Source: an uncultured delta proteobacterium (GTDB taxonomy: Bacteria > Myxococcota > Myxococcia > Myxococcales > Myxococcaceae). From it: a stretch of DNA of 64,000 nucleotides. Positions 20,920 through 30,402 of the stretch are shown in pieces. The notes below the pieces were generated by a model. That model was given only the letters and a program-made list of their open reading frames with translations, was not told where the DNA came from and made no database searches. The stretch's first letter is position 1. Each line of letters begins with the position of its first letter. A program made the translations under genes and the position numbers. The DNA is taken from positions 768,001-832,000 of the forward strand of contig CAWCKH010000004.1 of the NCBI GenBank assembly GCA_963796055.1, written 5' to 3'.

Positions 20920-22863
20920 GTGAACTCGAAATCCCCGTTGTTCCTCACCACGGCGAGCGCCCTGCTCGCCGTGGTGTTGTCGTCCTGTAGCGGCGCCGCG
21001 CTGGAGAAGAAGGCGACGCAGGTCAACGCGCTCGACAATCACCTGTCGGTGCGCGGCCGGGTGTGCACCGATCCTCCGGACCCCAACGGCTTCCCCGTGA
21101 AGGTGGTGATGCTGGTCGACCAGTCCGGGTCGATGTGCATCAGCGACCCGCCGGGCAGCCAAGGCGCCGCCGGGCTGTGCGAGCAGTTCGCGACCGCGGT
21201 GGGCATCCAGACCCCGGCGCGGGTCCGCGCGCTCCAGGCGCTGACCCAGCAGTTCGCGGCCCAGCCCAACGTCCAGGTGAGCATCGTCCCCTGGGACACC
21301 AACGTGAAGAACGTCTGGCCACCGGTGGCGACCGGTCAGCGCTTCGCCCGGCCCATCGGGATCGACACCTACCTCCAGAACCTCCAGGCCCAGCTGGGCA
21401 AGGGCACCGACTTCCAGGGAGCGCTGTCCTACGCCTACGGGGTCATCGCCTCGGACATCGCGGACACCAACACCAACAACCCGCAGCTGTTGCCCCGGAC
21501 GCGCTACGTGGTGGTGCTGCTCACCGACGGAACGCCGTATCCCCGCTGCTCGGCGAACGACAACCTCAGCCAGTACGCCGACCCCACCCACCCCGAGCTG
21601 ATCTGGGCGGACTCGCTGCCCGACTTCTGCAACCTGACCGACGCCGCAGGCACCGATGCGATCAACGGCTTCGTCCCCGGGACCGACCGCAACCAGAACT
21701 ACCAGATCTTCAGCTACGTCGATCAGCTGATGCAGCTGAAGCCCGCGTACAACGTGGGCGACATCCGGCTGCACACCGTGCTGCTCTTCAGCGATCAGGG
21801 CATCGCCACCTGCAATTCGATCGGGCTGCTCTGCCAGGACATCTACGGCGTGTATCCCAACACCGCTCCGGCGGATTACCCGATGGCTGCTCACCAGGTG
21901 GCCACCTGGCTGCTCCAGCAGATGGCGGCCCGGGGGAACGGCGTGTTCCAGGAGTTCCGGAACAACGACATCCAGAACCTCGGCCTGGGCGCGCTGGACT
22001 ACACCTCGCTGGCCAGCAAGAACGTGGTCAAGTCGCTCATCGTCCGCTCCCTGCGCAGCATCCCCGACGGGAACGGCCGGGCTGTGGACAGCGACGGCGA
22101 CGGGCTGAAGGACGACCAGGACCAGCCCTTCGTCAACGGCAGCAACCAGTTCATCGGCGACTCCGACGGCGACTGCTTCGACGACCACTTCGAGGTCATC
22201 CACTCCGACCTGGGCTTCACCGCCAGCAAGAAGGACGTCCGGGGCTGCGATCCGGCCTCGCCGCTGACCCGGAACTGCGTGTGCCGGGACACCGACGGTG
22301 ACGGGCTGAGCCAGTTCGCCGAGACCTACCTCAAGACCCGCGCCGCGCTGGTCGACTCGGACGGCGACGGGCTGCCCGACGGGCTGGAGGCGGTCTACGG
22401 GCTGGATCCGCTGAGCCGCAACTACAACGTCGACACCGACAACGATGGCATCGCCGACGACGAGGAGATCCGCGCCGGCACCGACCCCACCCGACCTGAC
22501 CGCAACCTGTACGACCTCGCCGCCGTGCAGTACACCACCTCGGCCGAGGTGCAGACCGACGGCAGCGTCTGCTACGACTACGTGGTGAGCAACCTCGAGC
22601 TGGTGACCCCGCCGAACGGCGTGGGCGCCGCCCAGGCGGGATACAATCTCTTCAAGGTGTGGTTCGCCGAGGCCCCGGAGAGCGCGGTGTCGTCCGACTA
22701 CGGAGTGTGGAAGGCCGCCTGCGCCTGGGCCCAGTACGACGCATCCGGCATCCGCGTGCCGGCGGGGCCTGACATCCAGGTGGACAACGCCGCCTTCCTC
22801 CCGCCCAACCTCCTGATCAGCGATCCGGACTACCTGACTCGCTGCGTGGGGACCCCACCGTGA
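20920..22863 (+). CDS. mtsD: MtsD-like VWA lipoprotein with Ca-binding DxDGDG repeats
   Basis: Lipobox LSSC, MIDAS motif DQSGS, VVLLTDG, and DSDGDGL repeats. Confidence 0.8.
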   Translation: MNSKSPLFLTTASALLAVVLSSCSGAALEKKATQVNALDNHLSVRGRVCTDPPDPNGFPVKVVMLVDQSGSMCISDPPGSQGAAGLCEQFATAVGIQTPARVRALQALTQQFAAQPNVQVSIVPWDTNVKNVWPPVATGQRFARPIGIDTYLQNLQAQLGKGTDFQGALSYAYGVIASDIADTNTNNPQLLPRTRYVVVLLTDGTPYPRCSANDNLSQYADPTHPELIWADSLPDFCNLTDAAGTDAINGFVPGTDRNQNYQIFSYVDQLMQLKPAYNVGDIRLHTVLLFSDQGIATCNSIGLLCQDIYGVYPNTAPADYPMAAHQVATWLLQQMAARGNGVFQEFRNNDIQNLGLGALDYTSLASKNVVKSLIVRSLRSIPDGNGRAVDSDGDGLKDDQDQPFVNGSNQFIGDSDGDCFDDHFEVIHSDLGFTASKKDVRGCDPASPLTRNCVCRDTDGDGLSQFAETYLKTRAALVDSDGDGLPDGLEAVYGLDPLSRNYNVDTDNDGIADDEEIRAGTDPTRPDRNLYDLAAVQYTTSAEVQTDGSVCYDYVVSNLELVTPPNGVGAAQAGYNLFKVWFAEAPESAVSSDYGVWKAACAWAQYDASGIRVPAGPDIQVDNAAFLPPNLLISDPDYLTRCVGTPP

Positions 22864-24668
22864 TCTCCCAGCGGGCGCGGCTGGTCGCCGCGGCCCTGGC
22901 GGGGATGCTCGGCCTCGGGGTCGCCTGCACGCAAAGTTACCTCTACGACGAACGCCGGCGGGACCAGCTGCCGACGGACCGGACCATCACCCTCGAGGGT
23001 CGCTTCTGCACTCTGGGGACCAACGACGTGGTCCGGCCGATCAAAATCCTCTTCGCCTTCGACGCCTCGCAGTCGATGCGGGTGAGCGATCCCAACGGCA
23101 CCCGGGCCTTCGCGGTGGTGCAGCTGCTCAACTCGCTGCCTCGCGACCCGAACATCGAGTTCAGCGTGATGCTCTTCGCCGGGAGCACCACCGCCTCGCT
23201 CACCAAGAGCGGGCTGGCGGAGTTCGAGCCGCTGCTCTCCTACACCCCGGCGGACTTCACCGCGCTCGAGGACCAGATCCTCAACTTCACCAACCCCAAC
23301 GCCAACCGCGACTCGACCGACTTCATCAAGGCGCTGTCGGAGATCTACGCCATCCTCAGCACCGACATCACCGCCAACCGCAACGCGGCGGTGGGCGCGC
23401 AGACCGACGCCCGGCCGCGGTACATCGTCATCTTCCTCTCCGACGGTCATCCCACCTTCAACCAGGACGACGAGCTCTTCCAGGGCGATGCGGTGAAGCG
23501 GATCCGCCAGCTGCGAATCCTGGTGGACGACGTGATCTTCAACACCGTCCACGTCTTCGCCCCGGTACAGCCGGTGTCCAGCATCTGCGACGTGACCGGC
23601 GACGCCGGCTGCCCGCTGCTGATCGTCAACCAGGACGCCGAGCGGCTGGAGAAGATGGCCACTCTCGGCGGAGGCAACTTCCGCGACTTCCGGAACAACG
23701 AGCAGGTCAACTTCCTCAACTTCAACATCGGGCAGACCCGGCGGGCGTACGTGCTCAAGGAGTTCGTCGCCTCCAACATGTCCGCCCCGGCCGACTCGCC
23801 GCCGGATGCCGGGGACAGCGACCGCGACGGGCTGACCGACGACGACGAGCTCGCGCTCGGGACGGACCCCAACAACCCCGACACCGATGGCGACGGCTTC
23901 GGCGACGGGGTCGAGGTCCACTTCTCCAAGCTGGGGGCGAGCTTCAACCCCCTGGGCTTCATGCTCCCCGACGGCGGCGGGCTCGATCCCGGCTGCCCGC
24001 CGGCGCTCCGCGGCGTGGACAGCGACTGCGACGGCATCAACGATTGCGACGAGCAGATCATCGGCACCAACTCGACGCTGATCGACTCGGACAGCGACGG
24101 CATGCCGGACAGCATCGAGTGGCAGCTGCAGACGCAGCCCTCGGCGCAGGACCTGGACGAGGACCCGGACAACGACGGCCTCTCCAACCGCAACGAGGTG
24201 CGGCTGCACACCAACCCCCTGCTGGCCGACACCGAGACGCTGGGCGTGAACGGCTACCGCTACGTGCTGGAGGAGGACGGCCCGGTCGACGACCAGGGCC
24301 GCCAGTGCTACCGCTTCCGGGTGGAGAACGTGTCGCTGGCGCCCACCGTGGCCTTCCGGCCCGATGGGGGCGTGGCGCTGCCGGACGGCGGCCAGCTCTT
24401 CCGGCCCGACGGGGGGCTGGTCTTCCCTGACGGAGGCATCGGGTACGGTCCGGGGTTCAACGAGATCCAGCTCTCCATCGCCATGCTCCCGGCCGACGAC
24501 CCCGCGGGCCGCACCATCCTCCGCACCTACCACACCACCGCCGCGCGCTATCCGGTGGGGGGGATCAAGCAGACGGTGGACGGCGTCATCCGCGTCGAGC
24601 CCACCGACTTCATTCCCACCTGCTACGTGCCGCCCACCGTGGACGGCGGCGTCGACGGAGGCCCCTGA
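22860..24668 (+). CDS. mtsE: MtsE-like VWA lipoprotein with Ca-binding repeats
   Basis: Lipobox GVAC, MIDAS motif DASQS, IFLSDG, DTDGDG repeats. GTGA overlap with the upstream gene. Confidence 0.75.
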   Translation: MISQRARLVAAALAGMLGLGVACTQSYLYDERRRDQLPTDRTITLEGRFCTLGTNDVVRPIKILFAFDASQSMRVSDPNGTRAFAVVQLLNSLPRDPNIEFSVMLFAGSTTASLTKSGLAEFEPLLSYTPADFTALEDQILNFTNPNANRDSTDFIKALSEIYAILSTDITANRNAAVGAQTDARPRYIVIFLSDGHPTFNQDDELFQGDAVKRIRQLRILVDDVIFNTVHVFAPVQPVSSICDVTGDAGCPLLIVNQDAERLEKMATLGGGNFRDFRNNEQVNFLNFNIGQTRRAYVLKEFVASNMSAPADSPPDAGDSDRDGLTDDDELALGTDPNNPDTDGDGFGDGVEVHFSKLGASFNPLGFMLPDGGGLDPGCPPALRGVDSDCDGINDCDEQIIGTNSTLIDSDSDGMPDSIEWQLQTQPSAQDLDEDPDNDGLSNRNEVRLHTNPLLADTETLGVNGYRYVLEEDGPVDDQGRQCYRFRVENVSLAPTVAFRPDGGVALPDGGQLFRPDGGLVFPDGGIGYGPGFNEIQLSIAMLPADDPAGRTILRTYHTTAARYPVGGIKQTVDGVIRVEPTDFIPTCYVPPTVDGGVDGGP

Positions 24669-24702
24669 GCGCTCCGGTGCCCCGGGCTTGCGAGGAGGAT
24701 CG

Positions 24703-26994
24703 ATGAGCCGTGCCGTTCCCGGCGCCCGGACGCTCTGGGCCCCGAGCTTCGTGGCTGGTCTGCTGCTGGTGGCGGCCGCCGCCGGCTGCTTCAAGGGCGA
24801 GGTGGGCGGGGCGCCCGAACCGCCGATCACCCATCCGGACCTGAACTGCAACACCGCGCAGGATGCGGCGGCGAACGCCGAGTGCCGGCTTCAGCTGGGC
24901 ACCGAGACCCAGGAGTACATCCAGCAGCCGGGGGACAAGGACTGGTGGGTGGTCAACGTGGGGACGTTGCCCCCGCGGGCCATCGTCCACGTGGTGGCCG
25001 GCTACAAGCCCGGAGCCGGGCAGGACGCGGGCAACTTCAACACCGCGGTCAACTTCCAGATCAACGTGCTCGACTCGGTCAACGGAGCGGTGTCGAGCAG
25101 CCTCGCCTCCGGGGCGGACCCGCACGGTTCCAACCCGCCCACCATGCTGGACCTGACCTTCCGCTACAGCAAGGGCAGCAACGACCTGTACATCCTGGTG
25201 CAGGACGACACCGGCAAGAAGTACGACAACCTCTCGCCTTACACGATCCGCGTGGAGGTGGTGCCCGATCCGGACTCCAACGAGCCCAACGAGACACCGG
25301 CGACCGCCACCCCCATCCCTCTGACCGCCGGGCAGGGAAGCGGGGGCGGGTTCATCGCCACGCCGGGTGACCTCGACTACTTCTCGATCGCCTCGCCCAA
25401 CCCGAACTCGGTGATGTGGATCCGCGTCGGGCAGGATCCGGCGTTCCCCTCGCCCCCGCCGCACCGCTACCGGCTGGAGTACTTTCTTCGAGATCCCGCA
25501 GGGACGGTGGTGGCCACCGACTCGTCCTCCGCCGGCTCGCTGGTCAGCCAGGCGCTGGTACAGATCGGCACCGCGCGGCTGCTCAAGTCCACGGGGACCT
25601 ACACGCTCGAGGTGCGCGGGTACGTCGATCCCAACAACCAGACCGTCATCCCGCCGGGGGACCTCAACTTCAAATACAAGGTGGAGATCATCATCGTCCC
25701 CCTTCAAGACCCGCCGGAGCCCAATGACACCATCGACGATGCCAAGGCCAAGCCCACCCCGGACCTGACCCTGGCCGGCGGGGGATCGTCCGGCACCATC
25801 TCCGGGCGGATAAGCTTCGTGCCCGATCCGGACTACTACCGGGTACGGCTCGGCGGCGCCTCGGCCGCACCCCATCTACTGCACTTCAAGGTGACGCCCT
25901 CGGCCGCGCCGGCCCGGTTCCCGCCGGTGCCGGGCATCAAGGATCGGCTGCTGCAGATCTCCACCGAGGTTCCCGCGGGCTCGCAGAGCGAGTGCGCCGC
26001 CGGTGACGCCGGGGTGTGCATCATCAGCGCGCCCCAGAGCAACTACAACTATCCGATCGCCACCAACCTCTGTCAGGCGCCCACGCCGCAGTGCCTGCAG
26101 GCGACACGGTACGAGAACCACGACGCGACACCGAAGTTCCCGAACCTCGCCAACTTCGAGGGCGTCCTCCAGGTCCCGCCGCACGCTGCGAACCAGGATT
26201 ACTTCCTCCTCTTCGAGGACGAGGGCACCAACTGGGCGGACGACACCGACTACACCATCCTCGTCGAGTGGCTGAACGAGCCCGAGCCTGCCCTGGAGGC
26301 CATCCCCGAGGCGCAGCGCCCCGCCACCATGGCCGCCGGAGCGGGCGCGACCCCGCTCAGCGGGTACCTGAGCTACGGAATCGGGGCCACCGACACCAGC
26401 CTGGGCATCGCGCCGATCACCGACGTGAAGGACTACGACGGCCGGGGCGACGACGTGGACACCTTCGCGGTGGCCGTGCCGGTGGGCGCGGTGGCCGACG
26501 CCCGCCTGTTCTTCCAGTGGCGCATCCCCTCGGCGACGTTGAACGGGGCCCCGTACGACCTGGGCATCCGCCTCGGCTTCTGCGTCCCGGACGGCGGGGT
26601 GGACTGCGCCACCGTGCAGACGCGCACCCAGAACGGCGGGAGCCAGCTGGGGCTGATCTACGAGACCGACCCGGTGACCTCGTGGTGGAACTTCGCACCT
26701 CAGGTCACTCCGCTCGAGCCGGCCTACGACCGCTCGTACTCGGGCGTCATGCCCACCGGCAACGTGCTCACCGTGCTCCGCGACTACGCCTGCGGCTGCC
26801 TGGAGCAACGGCTGGTCCCCGCCTCGGGGACGGCGACGATGTTCGTCTCGGTGTTCCCCATCAACCGCCAGACCTGGGACACCACGGTGCCCTACACGGT
26901 GGAGACGGGCTTCGGGACCTACCCGTACAGCTTCACCGCCAACGGCGGGGCGACGGTCAGCTGCCCCGCAGTCTGCAACTTCACCAAGAACTAG
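24703..26994 (+). CDS. mtsF: MtsF-like lipoprotein with repeated EPN(E/D)T / D.DY (PPC-like) modules
   Basis: Lipobox AAGC, motifs EPNETPATAT, GDLDYF, EPNDT and DPDYYRV, Cys-rich. Last gene of the mts-like run. Confidence 0.7.
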   Translation: MSRAVPGARTLWAPSFVAGLLLVAAAAGCFKGEVGGAPEPPITHPDLNCNTAQDAAANAECRLQLGTETQEYIQQPGDKDWWVVNVGTLPPRAIVHVVAGYKPGAGQDAGNFNTAVNFQINVLDSVNGAVSSSLASGADPHGSNPPTMLDLTFRYSKGSNDLYILVQDDTGKKYDNLSPYTIRVEVVPDPDSNEPNETPATATPIPLTAGQGSGGGFIATPGDLDYFSIASPNPNSVMWIRVGQDPAFPSPPPHRYRLEYFLRDPAGTVVATDSSSAGSLVSQALVQIGTARLLKSTGTYTLEVRGYVDPNNQTVIPPGDLNFKYKVEIIIVPLQDPPEPNDTIDDAKAKPTPDLTLAGGGSSGTISGRISFVPDPDYYRVRLGGASAAPHLLHFKVTPSAAPARFPPVPGIKDRLLQISTEVPAGSQSECAAGDAGVCIISAPQSNYNYPIATNLCQAPTPQCLQATRYENHDATPKFPNLANFEGVLQVPPHAANQDYFLLFEDEGTNWADDTDYTILVEWLNEPEPALEAIPEAQRPATMAAGAGATPLSGYLSYGIGATDTSLGIAPITDVKDYDGRGDDVDTFAVAVPVGAVADARLFFQWRIPSATLNGAPYDLGIRLGFCVPDGGVDCATVQTRTQNGGSQLGLIYETDPVTSWWNFAPQVTPLEPAYDRSYSGVMPTGNVLTVLRDYACGCLEQRLVPASGTATMFVSVFPINRQTWDTTVPYTVETGFGTYPYSFTANGGATVSCPAVCNFTKN

Positions 26995-27025
26995 GCCCGC
27001 CCGGTCGAAAACGGCGAGGAGAGCT

Positions 27026-27472
27026 TCAGGGAGCGACCGCCGGACCGCAGCTCACGTCCACCGTCTTGACGGGCTTGTTCTCGGCGTTGGAGTTGATGGT
27101 CAGTGTCCCGGTGATGGTCTCGCCCACGGCGGTGGGCTTGCAGGTCATGTAGATGAACGCCGTCTGGTTGGATTTCACCGTGTTGCTCTGGGTGCCGTCC
27201 GACGCCTGGATCAACGTGGTGTTCCCCAGCGTCCACCCTGGCTGGGCGTCCAGCGCATATACGCTCACCACCAGGTCCTGCTGACCCTTGTTGGTGACCT
27301 GCAGGGTCTGATTGTGCTGCTGGCCTGCGAAGATCGCCTGGTCCACGATAGAGTCGCGGTCGGTGACGATCTGCGGCTTCGGCGGCAGATCGGCGGAGCC
27401 CGAGTCACCACCGCAAGCAATTCCTGCGGCGCCGATCAGCACCGCGCAAGAGACGAGAAGACGCTTGATCAT
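27026..27472 (-). CDS. Small lipoprotein with an Ig-like (choice-of-anchor-D-like) fold
   Basis: Lipoprotein signal MIKRLLVSCAVLIGAAGIAC, then TLQVTNKGQQDLVV...GTLTINSNAEN. Confidence 0.75.
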   Translation of the reverse strand: MIKRLLVSCAVLIGAAGIACGGDSGSADLPPKPQIVTDRDSIVDQAIFAGQQHNQTLQVTNKGQQDLVVSVYALDAQPGWTLGNTTLIQASDGTQSNTVKSNQTAFIYMTCKPTAVGETITGTLTINSNAENKPVKTVDVSCGPAVAP

Positions 27473-27980
27473 GAAAAGAAGTCTACCGGCCCAGGCCAGC
27501 CCCTTCCAGAGACGAACCGCGCTCGTCGCGGGGCTGCTGGTGTGGCTTTGTGGGTGTAGCAGCGGTCGCGATGACTTCATTGGTGCGCGGGTGAAGGACA
27601 GCTGCAACGGGAGCTGGCCGGTGTGCAACCAGACCGCGAGCTGCTTCATCGGCGACCAGAGCTACATCGAGGGGCGCTTCCCCGGACAGGGGAAGATCAT
27701 CGTCCGGCTCGAGGAGCCGAGCGAGGTGAAGGTCAGCTTCTACTTCGACGACATCTCGGCGGTGGGCACCCTGACCTCCATCGTCTGGTACGAGACCGGG
27801 TGCAAGGCCAGCTCACGCGAGGACGTGGAGGGGAAGACCGTGGCCACCGAGTCGAACTCCACCGGGGTCTTCGAGCGGAGCAAGAATCTTCTCGAGAAGG
27901 ATGAGCACCTCATCTCCTTCAAGAGCGACCTCGAGGCGACCTACCTCATGAAGGTGGAGATCACCCCGACGGTTTTCTAG
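27471..27980 (+). CDS. Cys-containing hypothetical lipoprotein
   Basis: MKRSLP...LLVWLCGC lipobox followed by a GC3-rich body. Confidence 0.75.
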   Translation: MKRSLPAQASPFQRRTALVAGLLVWLCGCSSGRDDFIGARVKDSCNGSWPVCNQTASCFIGDQSYIEGRFPGQGKIIVRLEEPSEVKVSFYFDDISAVGTLTSIVWYETGCKASSREDVEGKTVATESNSTGVFERSKNLLEKDEHLISFKSDLEATYLMKVEITPTVF

Positions 27981-27984
27981 ATCT

Positions 27985-29646
27985 TCAGATCTTTCCTGAT
28001 TTCACCCGCTGCACCAGCCGGTCCGCCACCCGGTAGGCGTTGGCCATGATGGTGAGGGTGTTGGGGTTGCCGCCGCTGGTGGGCATGAAGCTGCCGTCCA
28101 CCACGTAGAGGTTGGGGACGCTGTGGGCGCGGCAGTCCCGGTCCAGGACGCTGGTGGCCGGGTCATTTCCGAAGCGGCAGGTGCCGTGCTGGAGGATGGT
28201 GGTCTCGCCGGCCTCGGTGACCCGCCACACCGCCTCCGGCTCCATCGCCTTCAGCAGATCCTCGCCGCGATCGATGAGGTAGCGGGTGACCGGGAGGTCT
28301 GCGGGGTGTCGATCGATGGTGATCGCCGCCACCGGCAGGCCGTACCGGTCCAGCACCGAGTCCTCCACGGTCACGTAGGTCCCGGCGGTGGGCAGCCACT
28401 CGGCGTAGGTCTCGAACTGCAGCACCTTGCTGTCGCGGAACACGCGGAACCGCTCCTTCAGCTCCTTGCCGAAGACCCCCTTGCCCCCCTGGGCGAGCAC
28501 GATGCCCTGGCTGATCGGAGCCGGGTGCTCCCAGAGAAAGCCGATCGCCCCGCCCTTCCTGCTCCCCAGCTTCGCCGAGGCTGGGAGGACGTAGTGGTCC
28601 GAGATGCTGCGCTGGACGAAGGGCGCCGGATCGTCCAGCCAGGGCCAGCTCTGCTTGCGCCTGGAGATGCGGAACGAGGCCCGGGACCTCCCGAATCCGC
28701 TGAACGTCAGATTCTTTCCCACCAGCCCGCTGTCGTTGGCCAGGCCCCTCGGCCAGCGGGCCGAGCGGGAGTTGAGGAGCAGCCGCGCGCTCTCCACCGC
28801 GGTGCAGGAGACGACCACGATCTTCGCCGGCTGTTCCTGAAGCACGCCGCCTTCGTCCAGGTACACCACGCTGCGGGCCCGACCGTCCGGCCCGACCTCC
28901 ACGCTGCGCGCCATGCACCCGGTCCGGAGCTCCACCTTGCCGGTGGCCAGCGCCAGGGGGATGAGCGCCGAGTGGGTGCTGGACTTCGCGCCCACCTCGC
29001 ACCCATAGCTTCCGCAGAAGGTGCAGTAGATGCACCCGGCGCGCCCCCGGTAGGGACGGCTGTTGATCGCCCGTGCGGTGGGGTACGGGTGGACGCCGAT
29101 CTTCTTCCCCGCCCGGTCGATCTCCCGGGCGATGGGGTGCTCGTCGAGCGGCGGCAGGGGGTACGGCTTCCTCCGCGGCTCGGCCCAGGGATGCGCGGTC
29201 ACCACGCCGGAGACGCCGATCTCCTCCTCCACCTGCTCGTAGTAGGGGAGCAGATCCTGGTAGCCGATGGGCCAGTCCACCACCGTCGAGCCGGCGGGCG
29301 CACCGAGCATCGACTTCATCCGGAAGTCCACCGGCTTGAGGCGGTAGAAGAACCCGCTCATGTGCACCGTGCCCCCGCCCACGCAGTTGGCGGTCCAGGC
29401 GTGGTTGGTGCGCGAGTACTTCCCGGTCTGCCCGGTCCGCCACAGGTGCGGCTCGTCCCACGGCAGGGGCATGAAGAAGTTGCGCCGGCTGATGGCGATC
29501 TCGTCGTGGGTGAAGTCGGCCTCGCTGTAGCGCGGGCCTTTCTCCAGGAGCACCACCCGGTAGCCCGCGCGCCCCAGCTGCAGCGCCATCGGAGCGCCAC
29601 CTGCACCGCTGCCCACCACCACCACGTCCACCTCGGAGAGCGCCAT
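27985..29646 (-). CDS. GMC family oxidoreductase (FAD subunit)
   Basis: FAD motif VVVGSGAGG, VGGGTVH, CIYCTFCGSYGC, QHGTCRFG, NLYVVDGSFMPT, NPNTLTI. Confidence 0.93.
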   Translation of the reverse strand: MALSEVDVVVVGSGAGGAPMALQLGRAGYRVVLLEKGPRYSEADFTHDEIAISRRNFFMPLPWDEPHLWRTGQTGKYSRTNHAWTANCVGGGTVHMSGFFYRLKPVDFRMKSMLGAPAGSTVVDWPIGYQDLLPYYEQVEEEIGVSGVVTAHPWAEPRRKPYPLPPLDEHPIAREIDRAGKKIGVHPYPTARAINSRPYRGRAGCIYCTFCGSYGCEVGAKSSTHSALIPLALATGKVELRTGCMARSVEVGPDGRARSVVYLDEGGVLQEQPAKIVVVSCTAVESARLLLNSRSARWPRGLANDSGLVGKNLTFSGFGRSRASFRISRRKQSWPWLDDPAPFVQRSISDHYVLPASAKLGSRKGGAIGFLWEHPAPISQGIVLAQGGKGVFGKELKERFRVFRDSKVLQFETYAEWLPTAGTYVTVEDSVLDRYGLPVAAITIDRHPADLPVTRYLIDRGEDLLKAMEPEAVWRVTEAGETTILQHGTCRFGNDPATSVLDRDCRAHSVPNLYVVDGSFMPTSGGNPNTLTIMANAYRVADRLVQRVKSGKI

Positions 29647-29652
29647 CGGCGG

Positions 29653-30288
29653 TCAGCCTTTCCGGGCCTGGCAGCCGTGGTGGTGCCCGGAGGGATCGGC
29701 GCAGCCCTGCCGGGCGTGGCCGAAACCAATCAGCTCCCAGCCACGCCCGCCCCTGTTGCCTCCGTGCGTCGGATCTCCGAACAGCCCTTCCATGGTCAGC
29801 CCGATGAGCACCGTCCAGTAGTGCTGCTCGCCCGAGCCGCCCGGCGAGTCCTTGAACTCGGTGAGCAGCGCGTCCTGCTCGGCGGGGGCGAGCGCGGCGA
29901 AGGGTTTCCGGTGCCGGGTCTGCGCCCGGCGCATCAATGCCTCGGTGCCGCGGACGAAGTCGTCGCGCACGTGGGCGAGCGTGGGCGTGGAGAGCGCCCG
30001 GTCGATGTACTCGGGCACCCCGAGGTCGATGGCGCCGGGCTCCTCGTCCCGGGGGCAGATCCGTTCCACCGCGGCGGCCACGGTGTCGTACTCGTCGTTG
30101 GTCAGCGAGCGGTGCGAGGTCTCGACCACCGGCCCGACCGTGGTCTCGGATTTCTTCGGCTCTGACGGCTTGCACGCCGCGTAGAGCAGCGCGGTCCCGG
30201 ACATGAAGCCCAGGTGCTCGATGAAGTGACGCCGGGTGATGTCCTCCGGACCGGTGTCCTCGGACGTGGGTGGAAGTGTCTCCGACAT
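29653..30288 (-). CDS. Gluconate 2-dehydrogenase subunit 3-family protein with a Tat-type signal
   Basis: Twin-arginine motif ITRRHFI, then ERICPRDEEPGAIDLGVPEYID, EGLFGDPTHGGNRG and GWELIGF. Confidence 0.88.
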   Translation of the reverse strand: MSETLPPTSEDTGPEDITRRHFIEHLGFMSGTALLYAACKPSEPKKSETTVGPVVETSHRSLTNDEYDTVAAAVERICPRDEEPGAIDLGVPEYIDRALSTPTLAHVRDDFVRGTEALMRRAQTRHRKPFAALAPAEQDALLTEFKDSPGGSGEQHYWTVLIGLTMEGLFGDPTHGGNRGGRGWELIGFGHARQGCADPSGHHHGCQARKG

Positions 30289-30402
30289 GCGGAGGAGTGT
30301 CCCCCGGAAAATCGACGGCTCGCAAGACGATGCGCCTGCGGGCGATGCACATCGCTCGGGTAGAATGCGAGCTCGGATCCGGGGGTGAAAGTGAAGGAAG
30401 GG

